A DNA stretch of 64,000 bases from Ilumatobacteraceae bacterium (GTDB lineage Bacteria; Actinomycetota; Acidimicrobiia; Acidimicrobiales; Ilumatobacteraceae), in contig CAWDUI010000012.1 in assembly GCA_963805445.1 (NCBI GenBank), positions 391,454 to 455,453 of the forward strand. The letters are read 5' to 3'. Shown piece after piece: positions 40,494 through 50,075 of this stretch; position 1 is the stretch's first letter, and each line of letters begins with the position of its first letter. The notes under the pieces were generated by a model. It saw nothing but the letters and a program-made list of their open reading frames with translations. It made no database searches and was not told the origin of the DNA. The position numbers and the translations under genes are program-made.

Positions 40494-40958
40494 ATGTCCT
40501 ATGCAGTGGATTTCCACACTGTCTCGACCGTTGGTCTCGAGTCGTCGCCGGTGGCGACAGCGCTGGCCGGCCTGCGAGCCCATGAGGCTCGCTACTTCAA
40601 GAACAAGTACGACCACGACTTCACGGTCGAGCCGGCGAACAAGGCCAAGGAGGCCGTCGACTGGGTGCACCGCATCCTCAAGGAGGAGCGTGACATCGTC
40701 ATCTCGTCGCGGCCTCTCGAGGCGACGATGTTCGAGGTCGACGGCACCCGGATTGCATACGTGTTCTACGAGAGCGGTCTGTCGATCAATGTGATGTACG
40801 GCCTCGACGATTCCAAGAAGCGGGCTGTCGGATTCAAGCTCTCCGTCGGGATGGATGCCCCCGCAGAGCTCGCCTCGCGGTTCAAGTTCGCCACCCAGAA
40901 ATCGAAGCTGGCCGGAATCATCCGCGGGTCATATTTCGTGATCAAAGGCGACTACTGA
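40494..40958 (+). CDS. hypothetical protein (154 aa), divergent from the protease operon
   Basis: A GAGGAG Shine-Dalgarno precedes ATG 40494. The ORF is GC3-rich (MSYAVDFHTVSTVGLESSPVATALAGLRAHEARYFKNKYDHDF...). No family is recognised. Confidence 0.6.
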   Translation: MSYAVDFHTVSTVGLESSPVATALAGLRAHEARYFKNKYDHDFTVEPANKAKEAVDWVHRILKEERDIVISSRPLEATMFEVDGTRIAYVFYESGLSINVMYGLDDSKKRAVGFKLSVGMDAPAELASRFKFATQKSKLAGIIRGSYFVIKGDY

Positions 40959-43589
40959 CCCGTGGTGTTCGTTGCGCGACTCTCTGATTTTCGGGCGCCA
41001 GCCGAGGACGCGTGCAGCCGCGCCGGCCTCGCGACGGTGCCTGACGTCGAGCTTGGCAAGAACGGCGGACACGTGGTGGTCGACCGTCTTGGGAGCGATG
41101 AACAGTCGGGCTGCGATACCGGCGTTGTCAATGCCGTCATCGAGCAGTTCGAGAACCTCGAGTTGACGTGCGGTGAGCCCGCCAGGGTTCTTGGCGGTCG
41201 ACGCCCGCGGGCCGCGAGGGATGCCGCTGAGGCCAAGCCGTCGGAGATGGCGGTGGGCGATCTCGATCCGCGGTCGGGCACCCATCCGCCCGAGCATCTC
41301 GATCGCTCGGAGCACATCTGCGGGGTCGTCACTGTCGGCAAGCGCGTCGGCAGCCTCATAGGTCGACCCGATCGTGGTCCATTCTTCGGCCGCCAGGACG
41401 TGGTCACCGACCACATAGGCCCGATGTGGCGGCGGTAACTCGTCGAGTTCGATCTCACCCACATCGCCGTGAACTCGCCGATGCCAGAACGCGCCAGTCC
41501 CCTTGCGCCACCGATGGGGGTCGTGTGCGCTGGCGCTCCACAGTCGGTCGGCACCAGCCTCGAGGACCTCGTGGTCGCCGGCGAGCCAGGCCACCTCGAC
41601 CTGCGCGGCGAGCACGGGTTGGATCAACTGCACCTCGTCGATCTTCCGCGCAATCGCCATGGCTTCCAGGAGTGGCGATGCCGGGTCGGGGTCGCCGTAG
41701 CGGGCGCGGAGGAGGCCGACCGTGACGAGCACCCAGACACGATGCACGTCGGACGCAGCCGACACCCGCAACGTCGCAAGTGCACGCTCGCGCGCTTCCG
41801 ACCAGCGGCCTTGCTGCAATCGCAGCAACGCCAGATCCGCGGACATGCAGTTGAACATGAAGCGATCGGCCATCTCGACGAAGTCGATCGCCTCGTCGTA
41901 CCAACGCGTTGCCAGCTCGTGCCGACGATTCTCGATTGCGCACCAGAAGAGGTTGCTGTACGCACGAGCTGCATCGGTGGTCCAGCCATGCTCGAGCGCG
42001 GTGCGAAGGCTCTCCTCGATCTCACCCCAGCCACGCTCGTCGCCGATCGAAATGCGGGCGACACCAACCGTGTTGAGGACGTGGACGCGTACGGCCAGGT
42101 CGCCGACCTGGCCGGCGACCTCGAGCGCCTCACCGCCAAAGCGGATTGCTTCGTGCAACGTTCCGCTCACCATGTGCTGCCACGCCAGGGCGGCAAGCGT
42201 CTTGGCCACCGATCGGCTGTCGGAGCCCGCGACAGCGAGCCGGTGGGCGCGCTCAATGTGTGCCATCGCGTCGGGTCGCCCGACGAGCCGTTCGTATTGT
42301 GCGAGTTCGCTCAGAGTGGTCACCAACGAGGGAACATCGCGGATCTGCTCGTGCCATGTCGCCAGTTCCGCAGCGAGCGTCGCGGAACGATCCAGTCGGT
42401 CGGCGAGTGCGTGCGCAGTGATCGCCCGGCGGAGCGCATTGGCGCGCTCCTCCCCCGGGTCAGGACCGATCGCGTCCAGCTCGAGATCGATCAGCATCGC
42501 TGCTTCCAGGTGAGCGCCCGACCGCGACGCATCCGCCGCGGCTGATGCGGCAATGGCCAGTACTGCTGCTCGGTCGCCGGCAGCCGCGGCATGGTGTGCC
42601 CGTCTCGCCAGATCGTCATCACGGAGCGCGTCGAGCACCTGGCGATGAAGTCCGAGGAGGCGCTGCTCGCCGATCGTCGACAGGATCGCCTGTCGCACGA
42701 TGTCGTGGCGGAACTCCCATCGCGTCGCGACGGCGCGCAGCATTCCGTGAGCCACGAGATCATCAATGACCGTGTCGCACTCCTCACCGCACAGGTCGCG
42801 CAGCAGACCAACTTCCATCGGCGCCCCGACGACCGCTACGAGCTCGAGCGCGGCGCGGCTGCTTTCGCCGAGGCGGCCGGCTCGCGCCAGCACTGCCTCA
42901 CGTACGCTGACTGGCACTCCTGATTCGTCGGCGGCGAGCACCTCGACGACGAAGAACGGGTTGCCGCCTGTCGACCGCATCAGCTCGTCGATGTCGATCC
43001 GCCGACTGGCGACCAGAAGCCGCACAGCATCGGCACTCAGCGGTGACAACGGGAGCCTGGTCACGTCAGACGGTGCGATCTCACCCAGGGCCATCCGCAG
43101 ATGGTGGTTCGGCGCGATCTCGCGGTGGGCGATCAGCATCACCGCTCGCAACCGCCGGATTCGCCGCCCGACGATCCGCACCACGTCGAGCGTCGCGGTG
43201 TCGACCCATTGCATGTCGTCGAACACCAGCACCGGCAGCGGCCCGGACCGCGCCAGCTCGCGCAGCATGGCTTCGGCGACCGAGGCGACGTCGCCGCTCC
43301 GGCACGCGTCCGCCAAGGACGAAGCCGCGCCGGCGACGAGGTCGCGGACAGGCCCGAATGGGCGTGCCGCGAACAGATCGTCGCAGCGACCGGCCAGGAC
43401 CCGGATGTCCGAGGATTCGGCGAGTGCGTCCTCAATCAGCGACGACTTGCCGATGCCCGCCTCGCCGCTCAGCACGACGACGCCGCCGCGTCCATCGCGA
43501 GCGACCGCAATCACTCGCTCGATCTCCGATAGCTCCCAGTCTCGCTCCAGCAGCACCAGGGCAAACCGTAGCCGAAGTCTCGCCGTCAT
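40929..43589 (-). CDS. large ATP-binding LuxR-family regulator (AAA/STAND N-domain, TPR-like middle, LuxR HTH C-terminus)
   Basis: ATG 43589 has a GGGGAG Shine-Dalgarno. Walker A is SGEAGIGKSS. The C-terminal HTH is LTARQLEVLELLDDGIDNAGIAARLFIAPKTVDHHVSAVLAKL. The protein is an intact 886 aa. Confidence 0.8.
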   Translation of the reverse strand: MTARLRLRFALVLLERDWELSEIERVIAVARDGRGGVVVLSGEAGIGKSSLIEDALAESSDIRVLAGRCDDLFAARPFGPVRDLVAGAASSLADACRSGDVASVAEAMLRELARSGPLPVLVFDDMQWVDTATLDVVRIVGRRIRRLRAVMLIAHREIAPNHHLRMALGEIAPSDVTRLPLSPLSADAVRLLVASRRIDIDELMRSTGGNPFFVVEVLAADESGVPVSVREAVLARAGRLGESSRAALELVAVVGAPMEVGLLRDLCGEECDTVIDDLVAHGMLRAVATRWEFRHDIVRQAILSTIGEQRLLGLHRQVLDALRDDDLARRAHHAAAAGDRAAVLAIAASAAADASRSGAHLEAAMLIDLELDAIGPDPGEERANALRRAITAHALADRLDRSATLAAELATWHEQIRDVPSLVTTLSELAQYERLVGRPDAMAHIERAHRLAVAGSDSRSVAKTLAALAWQHMVSGTLHEAIRFGGEALEVAGQVGDLAVRVHVLNTVGVARISIGDERGWGEIEESLRTALEHGWTTDAARAYSNLFWCAIENRRHELATRWYDEAIDFVEMADRFMFNCMSADLALLRLQQGRWSEARERALATLRVSAASDVHRVWVLVTVGLLRARYGDPDPASPLLEAMAIARKIDEVQLIQPVLAAQVEVAWLAGDHEVLEAGADRLWSASAHDPHRWRKGTGAFWHRRVHGDVGEIELDELPPPHRAYVVGDHVLAAEEWTTIGSTYEAADALADSDDPADVLRAIEMLGRMGARPRIEIAHRHLRRLGLSGIPRGPRASTAKNPGGLTARQLEVLELLDDGIDNAGIAARLFIAPKTVDHHVSAVLAKLDVRHRREAGAAARVLGWRPKIRESRNEHHGSVVAFDHEI

Positions 43590-43705
43590 CTCCCCGCCTT
43601 GACAGATAGAGCCTGAAGGAGTACTTCTGCGAACGAGGGGGCCTTCGGGGGGATCTCGGAGGACTGAACGCCGTGTGGGCGTCGCCCGGACATCGGGAGG
43701 GGAAC

Positions 43706-44944
43706 ATGAAGTACCGAACATTTCGCGCGTCGATCGCGAGTCTGATGATCGTCGGAACTGTCGGCGTGGCCGGGGTTTCGCCGAGCGCTGCCGCTGCAGG
43801 GCCCGGCCCGACCATCAGCACCTACATTGCGAACCTGAACGCTCCACGCGGCGTGACGTTCGATGGTCAGGGCAACCTGTACGTGTCTGAGTCGGGGTAT
43901 GCCGGCGACGGCCCGGTCGGTCTCACGCAGACGGGGCGGGTCACCAAGTACGCGCACGGCTCGACCCATGCCAGTTGGTCGACAGGTTTCGAGTCGTTGT
44001 ATGCCTCGGAGGACCCCACTGCACCGCCCGACGTTCTCGGGCCCGAAGGCATCAGCGCGCTCGGCGGGAACTGTTCGAAGCGGAGCCACGGCCACAAGTC
44101 CGAACATGAGCGCGAGGACGGCGGATGTCAGATCCGAATGATCATGAGTGAGTCTCATGACGGTGTGTTCGCCATGTCTGGCGGCGCCGCCGATTCCACT
44201 CAGCTCGGGCACCTCTTCCGTCTCGACGGCGCAACCGGTCAAGCCACAAGCGTCAGCGACGTCGGCGATCAGATGTACCAGTGGACCGGCGACCGAACGG
44301 ATCTGTTCCCCGATGACTTCCCGGATTCCAACCCCTATGGCGTGCTGGTCACCAAGTTCGACCACAGCGACCGTGCGCGCACGTTCGTCGCAGACGCCGG
44401 CGCCAACACGATCAGCGAAGTCATGGCGGATGGCACCCTTCGGGTGATCTCCTACATCCCGAACGAGACGGCACCGCCGTTCCGCGACGCGACCCCGACC
44501 TGCATCGCCCAGGGTCCAGACGGCATGTTGTACGTCGCCACGCTCAACCTCGTCGCCAACCTCTTCGTGCCCGGGGCCACCGGTGGTCAGTCGAACGTTT
44601 GGCGGGTGGATCCGAATGCAAACTTCCCGACGGAGCCGACCTTGTGGGCAACCGGCTTGACGACCGCGACCTCATGCACGTTCGACAGCCATGGCAACTT
44701 CTGGGCGACGGAGATGTTCCAGTCGAACGTCGCCCGCCCGCCAGGCGATGTGGTGCGTATCCCGTTCGAGCACCCTGATCAGCTGACCAGGATCGGCGGC
44801 GGCATGCTTCCGCTACCAGGCGGCATTGCCCAGGGACCGGACCGCGCGATGTACGTCGCCATCAACTCGGCGAGCCCCGACAGGGACTCCGGCGCGGTGG
44901 TGAGGATCAGCTTCCACGGGCACGGCGACGGTCACGACGACTAG
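43706..44944 (+). CDS. secreted beta-propeller protein (ScyD/ScyE- or NHL-like)
   Basis: A GGGAGGGG Shine-Dalgarno precedes ATG 43706. The signal peptide is MKYRTFRASIASLMIVGTVGVAGVSPSAAAA. Propeller-like segments include LNAPRGVTFDGQGNLYVSE. Confidence 0.6.
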   Translation: MKYRTFRASIASLMIVGTVGVAGVSPSAAAAGPGPTISTYIANLNAPRGVTFDGQGNLYVSESGYAGDGPVGLTQTGRVTKYAHGSTHASWSTGFESLYASEDPTAPPDVLGPEGISALGGNCSKRSHGHKSEHEREDGGCQIRMIMSESHDGVFAMSGGAADSTQLGHLFRLDGATGQATSVSDVGDQMYQWTGDRTDLFPDDFPDSNPYGVLVTKFDHSDRARTFVADAGANTISEVMADGTLRVISYIPNETAPPFRDATPTCIAQGPDGMLYVATLNLVANLFVPGATGGQSNVWRVDPNANFPTEPTLWATGLTTATSCTFDSHGNFWATEMFQSNVARPPGDVVRIPFEHPDQLTRIGGGMLPLPGGIAQGPDRAMYVAINSASPDRDSGAVVRISFHGHGDGHDD

Positions 44945-44989
44945 GAGAGGCGCGACGACCCGTCGCCCGTCGGGTGCTTGTGTCTCGGC

Positions 44990-46133
44990 TCAATGCAGAT
45001 CAGGGACAACGGCGAGGGACCTTCGGACACATGCGTCGGTGTTCGCTCTGAGTGCAGGCTGCTCAGGTGGGGATGCGATCGGGGCGTAGATCGTTCTCGT
45101 CGAGGGTTCGTTGCACAGCAGTACCGGCCACGGATCGACAGTGAACACACCGGGTGAGGTCTCGGTGAACCGCGCCGATGCGGCGAGTCCATCCAGAGTA
45201 TGCGGGTCGCTGTACCTCCCGACCGTTGTGCCCATACCCGAGATGAAATTGCCGACGCTCCAGTACACCCACGTTCCGTTGACGCGCTCCACGGGTTGAA
45301 TCACATGTGGTCCGTGTTCGACGACCAGGTCGATATGAGCCAGGTTGGTGAGATCCGTGACGAATTGCCGATCGACGGGGTCTGGCGACAGCATCAGTTC
45401 CTTCGAGAGATGCAGACTGACGACCACGACGTCGGCACCAGCACTGCGCGCCGCGTTGACATCTGCCGCCACCTGTGCCGCCGACGACGCAAAGTTCAGG
45501 CGCCAGGGCTCAGCCGGCAGCACGGTATTGGAGTACCGGGTGTACGCAAGATGCACGAGTCGGACACCGTTCACCACGATCATCTCGCTGCTCGCCTCAG
45601 CGGGCGAGCGCGCCGTGCCGACGTGCGTGATCCCAGCATCATCGAGAGCAGCGAGCGTGGTATCAATTCCGGGCTCGAGAAGGTCGTTGCTGTGATTCGA
45701 GGCGGTGCTGCATCGATCGAACCCGGCCCGACGGAGTCCATCGGCGATTTCATACGGAGCGAGAATCAGATTTCCGCCGAACGGTGAGTGACCGTAAACA
45801 CCGGGTCGCTCGCCGGGTGCACCGATCGGCATTTCCATGTGGCAGATTGCGATGTCTGCAGACGAAAGCATCGCCGTGACAGGCGCAAACAACGGTGCAA
45901 AGTCGAACCGCGGCACCGGTGGCGAAGCTTGCTGCGGCGGAGGTGACCAAGGATTCGGTGAGGACGTCACCAGTGGCAACCAGACTGAACGATCGAGGCG
46001 GCGGATCGAGCCGCACGGCCACCACGTCCGCCGTTGCCGACGGCACTGGAGTTGCCGCGATGACGACGGGGCTCATTGCTGTTGCCCACCCGATCAAACT
46101 CACCGCTGCCAGATGTGCGGGACGCACACTCAT
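44990..46133 (-). pseudogene. CapA-family (metallophosphatase-like) protein, one frame change
   Basis: The signal and N-terminus MSVRPAHLAAVSLIGWATAMSPVVIAA...SFSLVATGDVLTE is in the 45750..46748 frame. The body RFDFAPLFAPV...ADIAICHMEMP...NHSND... is in the 44990..45979 frame. The shift is near 45908. Confidence 0.65.
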
Positions 46134-46413
46134 CTCGCCGGAGACCACCGGCGTGGCATCTCCATCGCGTTTCGTTGCTCGTAGGTCACCAGCGAAGAGT
46201 GCCCTGACGAGCGAGTTTGTGCAAGTGCCGCGCTTCGAGCTGAGCTGCACCATGGGCCACATCGGCCTATCGACCGCACCCTGCGTCTCGGCGCCGTCTG
46301 CCCAAGGGCAAGTTGTGCGAGTACATTGACGTGCGGCGTTCCAAATAATTGCTCCCGTCCAAACCGTGCGCGGGCCCCTCTTGTGGATGGTGGCCGTGGC
46401 TAACGAGGACAAG

Positions 46414-48285
46414 ATGTCGGCAGTTCTCAGCGAGTTCGCTCGCACGGTGATCACCGACTTTCCGATCGAGGGCATTCTCGACCACCTGGTGGCGAAGATC
46501 GTCGAGGTTCTTCCGGTCACCTCGGCGGGGGTGACGTTGATCTCGGCCGGAATGGCACCTCGCCATGTGGCCGCGTCAGATGATTCAGCGCTGCGGTTCG
46601 AGCAACTGCAGAGCGAACTCGGTGAGGGGCCGTGTCTGGCTGCGTTCGCGTCGGGCGAGGCGGTGTCGGTCTCGGATTTTTCCGACGATGACCGATTCCC
46701 CCTCTTCGCACCAGCGGCGCTGGCTGAAGGGTTGGTCGCGGCGTTCACGTTTCCGCTCCGTCACGGCAGTCACCGTCTGGGGGCGCTTGATCTGTACCGA
46801 GATACCCCTGGACTGCTCGATCAACACGATATGGACAGCGCGCAAACGTTGGCGGACGTTGCCGCTGCGTATCTGCTGAACGCCCAAGCCCGAGATGAAG
46901 CCCGAGTGACGTACCGTCGGCTGCTACACGTGTCGATGCACGACACGCTCACCGGGTTGCCGAATCGACTGTTGTTCCAGGAGCGGCTGGAGCACGCCGC
47001 GTTGCGGGCCGAACGGTTCCATTCCAACGCGGCGATCCTGTTCGTTGACCTCGACAACTTCAAATTGGTCAATGAGGTCTATGGCCACGACGTTGGTGAT
47101 CAATTGTTGTGGCTGGTCGCCCAGCGGCTCAATGGTGTGGTCAGCGCCGGCGACACTCTCGCCAGGTTCTCCGGTGACGAGTTCGTGATGCTGTGTGAGG
47201 ACCTGTCCGATGTTGGCGACGTCGACGGCCTCGCACAGCGTGTCAGCGAGGTCTTGGCGGAACCGTTCAGACTTGCGGGCGTCGTGTTGGCGGTCACGGC
47301 CAGCGTCGGCATTGCGTTCGCCGGACCGGGCCGAGAGATCTCCAATGAACTCGTCGTGGAGGCCGATCGGGCGATGTATCGGGTGAAACGAAACCGAGTG
47401 GATCACAACGCGGGCCGCGAGATCATCGATGTTCGCTCGACGTCGGTCGTTCAGCACGCTCGTCTCGAGGATGAAGTGCGGGCCGCTCTGGCCGGGAACG
47501 AACTCGATGTCTTCTATCAGCCGATCGTGCGCAGCAGCGACGGGCGTGTCGCAGGAGCGGAAGCACTGCTTCGCTGGACGCATCCCGAACGAGGTCCGGT
47601 CCCGCCAATGGCGATCGTGGCGATCGCCGAGCAGAGCGCATTGATCGACGAGATCGGCGCCTGGGTTCTCGAACGGGCGTGCACGGACCGCGCCCACCTG
47701 CTGGAACTCGACCCGTCGGCCCCGTTGGATCTTGCTGTCAACGTCTCCGCTCGACAACTGCTGCATCTCGGGTTCAGTCGCACCGTGACGGACACCCTCG
47801 CCGCCACCGGCATGGATCCGACCTCACTGATCCTGGAGGTCACGGAGAACGTCTTCATCGAAGACAGCGTTCGGGTCTTGACCGTTCTCCACGACCTGCG
47901 ATCCATAGGTGTGCGGATAGCGATCGACGACTTCGGGACGGGCTATTCGTCGCTCGGATACTTGACCCGACTCCCGATCGACATCATCAAGATCGACCGC
48001 TGCTTCATCACCGACACCGCCACCCCGGCCGGTATGACTCTCGTGGCCGCGATCACCAACCTGGCCCATGATCTCGGACTCACCGTCACTGCCGAAGGTG
48101 TCGAAACCCAGGCGCAGCACGACAACATCGCAGCCCTTCGTTGCGACTCGGCACAGGGGTACTTCTATGCCACGCCGATGCCGGCCGATGCGTTCGGCGA
48201 TCGCCACAATGCCCCTCGCGACGAACATTGGTCTGCCGCGGGTCGTCCACCCTCGAACGGACACGCCGTCGTCACCACACCCTGA
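46414..48285 (+). CDS. GAF-GGDEF-EAL c-di-GMP signalling protein
   Basis: A GAGGA Shine-Dalgarno precedes ATG 46414. A GAF-like N-domain is followed by GGDEF (LTGLPNR...FSGDEF) and EAL (EALLRW...DDFGTGYSSL) domains. The ORF is intact. Confidence 0.8.
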   Translation: MSAVLSEFARTVITDFPIEGILDHLVAKIVEVLPVTSAGVTLISAGMAPRHVAASDDSALRFEQLQSELGEGPCLAAFASGEAVSVSDFSDDDRFPLFAPAALAEGLVAAFTFPLRHGSHRLGALDLYRDTPGLLDQHDMDSAQTLADVAAAYLLNAQARDEARVTYRRLLHVSMHDTLTGLPNRLLFQERLEHAALRAERFHSNAAILFVDLDNFKLVNEVYGHDVGDQLLWLVAQRLNGVVSAGDTLARFSGDEFVMLCEDLSDVGDVDGLAQRVSEVLAEPFRLAGVVLAVTASVGIAFAGPGREISNELVVEADRAMYRVKRNRVDHNAGREIIDVRSTSVVQHARLEDEVRAALAGNELDVFYQPIVRSSDGRVAGAEALLRWTHPERGPVPPMAIVAIAEQSALIDEIGAWVLERACTDRAHLLELDPSAPLDLAVNVSARQLLHLGFSRTVTDTLAATGMDPTSLILEVTENVFIEDSVRVLTVLHDLRSIGVRIAIDDFGTGYSSLGYLTRLPIDIIKIDRCFITDTATPAGMTLVAAITNLAHDLGLTVTAEGVETQAQHDNIAALRCDSAQGYFYATPMPADAFGDRHNAPRDEHWSAAGRPPSNGHAVVTTP

Positions 48286-48360
48286 CGTGTTGATCGCTGA
48301 CAAGCCGGAAAATTGGCGGCGCGCCCTCTAGCGGCCAAGCCTGACTCGAGCCAACCACGT

Positions 48361-48406
48361 AAAGAGCCCCGGTCGGCCGTTGGACGGTTCGACATCGGGG
48401 CTCTTT
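48361..48406 (+). terminator. extended stem-loop downstream of the GAF-GGDEF-EAL gene
   Basis: The arms are AAAGAGCCCCG ... CGGGGCTCTTT (11-bp outer arms, with an inner GTCG/CGAC pairing). It lies about 75 nt after stop 48285. Confidence 0.45.
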
Positions 48407-48656
48407 CGGGACACCAGCGGGATGAATGGGGGTTGGTCCGGCCGGCGATCGCTCTCACAGCAGGGTCTCGACTGAGTTGGGACTTGCCAGTCGAATACCC
48501 CGGTTGAAGTGGCTTGAAACATGAAGCGCCATCGGCTCGTCGGCCGTGGATCACCTCCCAGCGATGTCATCCACGAAACGCTACGTCACGACATGAGACG
48601 TATCCCACCAACCAAACTCGGTGTTGCACCGTGACAGTCGGTGATACACATGGGCG

Positions 48657-48908
48657 ATGCCGACCGTTCGTCCTCGACATCTGCTCACCGAAACCGACGA
48701 GCTCGCCCACGCAATCGACGCCGCCGCTGCGCTGTATCCGGGAGAGTCTCGTGCTGACGTCCTCCGTCATCTCGTTCAACTGGGTGCCGAGACGATCGCC
48801 GAGCAGCAAGGCCGGCACCGCGACAGCGTACGTCACCGTGCAGGACGCTTCCCAGGTCTGTATCCGACTGGCCACCTCGACGACCTCCGTGAGGACTGGC
48901 CCGAATGA
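48657..48908 (+). CDS. vapB: VapB-like antitoxin
   Basis: An 83-aa ORF whose stop overlaps the ATG of the PIN gene (ATGA at 48905-48908). Confidence 0.6.
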   Translation: MPTVRPRHLLTETDELAHAIDAAAALYPGESRADVLRHLVQLGAETIAEQQGRHRDSVRHRAGRFPGLYPTGHLDDLREDWPE

Positions 48909-49268
48909 TCGTCGTCGACGCCAGGGTGCTGATCGCCTACCTCGACCCGAACGACGCTCACCACTCAGCCGCCGTCGAGATCCTCGAAGATGCATCACCG
49001 CCGCTTGTGGTTCACCCGATCACAGCAGCCGAAGTGCTCGTCGCCGCCGTACGCAGCGATGTCGCAGACGCGGTGTGAGCTGATCTGATGGCCATCGGTG
49101 TCGAGATCGACGACACAGCGATCGATCCGTTGCTGCTCGCCAGACTTCGCGTCAAGACCGGCTGCAAGATGCCCGACTGCTGTGTCCTCGCCAGCGCCGC
49201 CACCCGCAACACAGCGGTGGCCACCGTTCGACGCACAGCTCCGCCGGCACGCCTTCGATCGGTCATGA
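48905..49268 (+). pseudogene. vapC: PIN-domain VapC toxin with an in-frame TGA and one frame change
   Basis: The protein reads MIVVDARVLIAYLDPNDAHH...ADAV, then TGA(49076-49078), then ADLMAIGVEIDD...CVLASAATRNTAVAT in the same frame. The natural-looking end FDAQLRRHAFDRS* needs a shift near 49226. Confidence 0.65.
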
Positions 49269-49271
49269 GCG

Positions 49272-49332
49272 ACCACGTCAGATGTTGAGAGGCGACGATG
49301 GGAATCGAACCCATGTACAGGGCTTTGCAGGC
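49272..49332. repeat. island attachment-site direct repeat, distal copy (3' 43 nt of tRNA-Cys plus 18 nt of flank)
   Basis: 60 of 61 nt are identical to 60860..60920, with the single mismatch at 49283. Confidence 0.9.
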
Positions 49333-49505
49333 TCGCTATCGATCGCGCGTTATACCTGGTCAGACGGCATGAGTTGGCCTCCGAATTGGGTGTTGAGGGG
49401 TGAGCGAGGCGCGGGTCAACGGGTCGTCACGGCTATTCGCGGCCATTCGCGGGCACCCTGCTGACATCGATCACGGATGAACGGATCACGGATCTCGCGG
49501 CGCGA

Positions 49506-49528
49506 AGACAGATCGGCAGTGGGCTACT
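49506..49528 (-). repeat. island dispersed repeat, copy 1 (core CTGCCGATC on minus strand)
   Basis: The minus strand reads GTAGCCCA-CTGCCGATC-TGTCT. It starts at the TAG stop of ORF 49524..49832. Confidence 0.7.
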
Positions 49529-49832
49529 TCCAGTCGTACGTGTAACACCACGCGAGTGCTTCGACGGCCGCGTCGCTCAACTCGGGGTGACGACCACGGA
49601 AATCGGCGGCCGCAGCATTGCCCATGGCATCGAGATCGGCGACCGTGTTGTATGCGTCCGACTCGTAGAACTCCTTCTGTAGTCGATGAACGAGTGGAAG
49701 GAGATCGAGCGCAGCCTCGGTGCCAAGCATCGTCACGACGAGATCGTCGGCGCGGCTCGGGGTCGGCTCGCGCATGTAGCCGGTCCAGATCACGATCGCT
49801 CGACTGATTTCGTCTGCCGATGGCCTCGCCAT
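49524..49832 (-). CDS. hypothetical protein (102 aa)
   Basis: A GC3-rich ORF, MARPSADEISRAIVIWTGYMREPTPSRADDLVVTMLG...AWCYTYDWK. A dispersed-repeat copy lies directly after its stop. Confidence 0.5.
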   Translation of the reverse strand: MARPSADEISRAIVIWTGYMREPTPSRADDLVVTMLGTEAALDLLPLVHRLQKEFYESDAYNTVADLDAMGNAAAADFRGRHPELSDAAVEALAWCYTYDWK

Positions 49833-50075
49833 AGCCCTTGAGTGTGGTCACGATGATGCGCGTCCGGCAAGTGCCGTTCTGCGCTACCCGGGGTGAGCGC
49901 GCACCTAGCCTGACTGAATCTTCACGCCGTGGCCACTCATGCTCTTGATGCTCGGAGCGTTCGTGTTCGTGATCGTCATCTTCGTCCTTCTCGGAATCAC
50001 GCTCGTGCGTGCGAGCGGCTCCCGGCGGGCGGCGCTACGAGACGTCGACCAGGAAAACCCGCCTCGGTCCTGAGC

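Noticed and set aside
49284-49332. A second tRNA-Cys gene.
   Set aside because: Only the 3' 43 nt (anticodon stem to acceptor end) are present. There is no 5' acceptor or D arm. It is the duplicated att half-site of the island.
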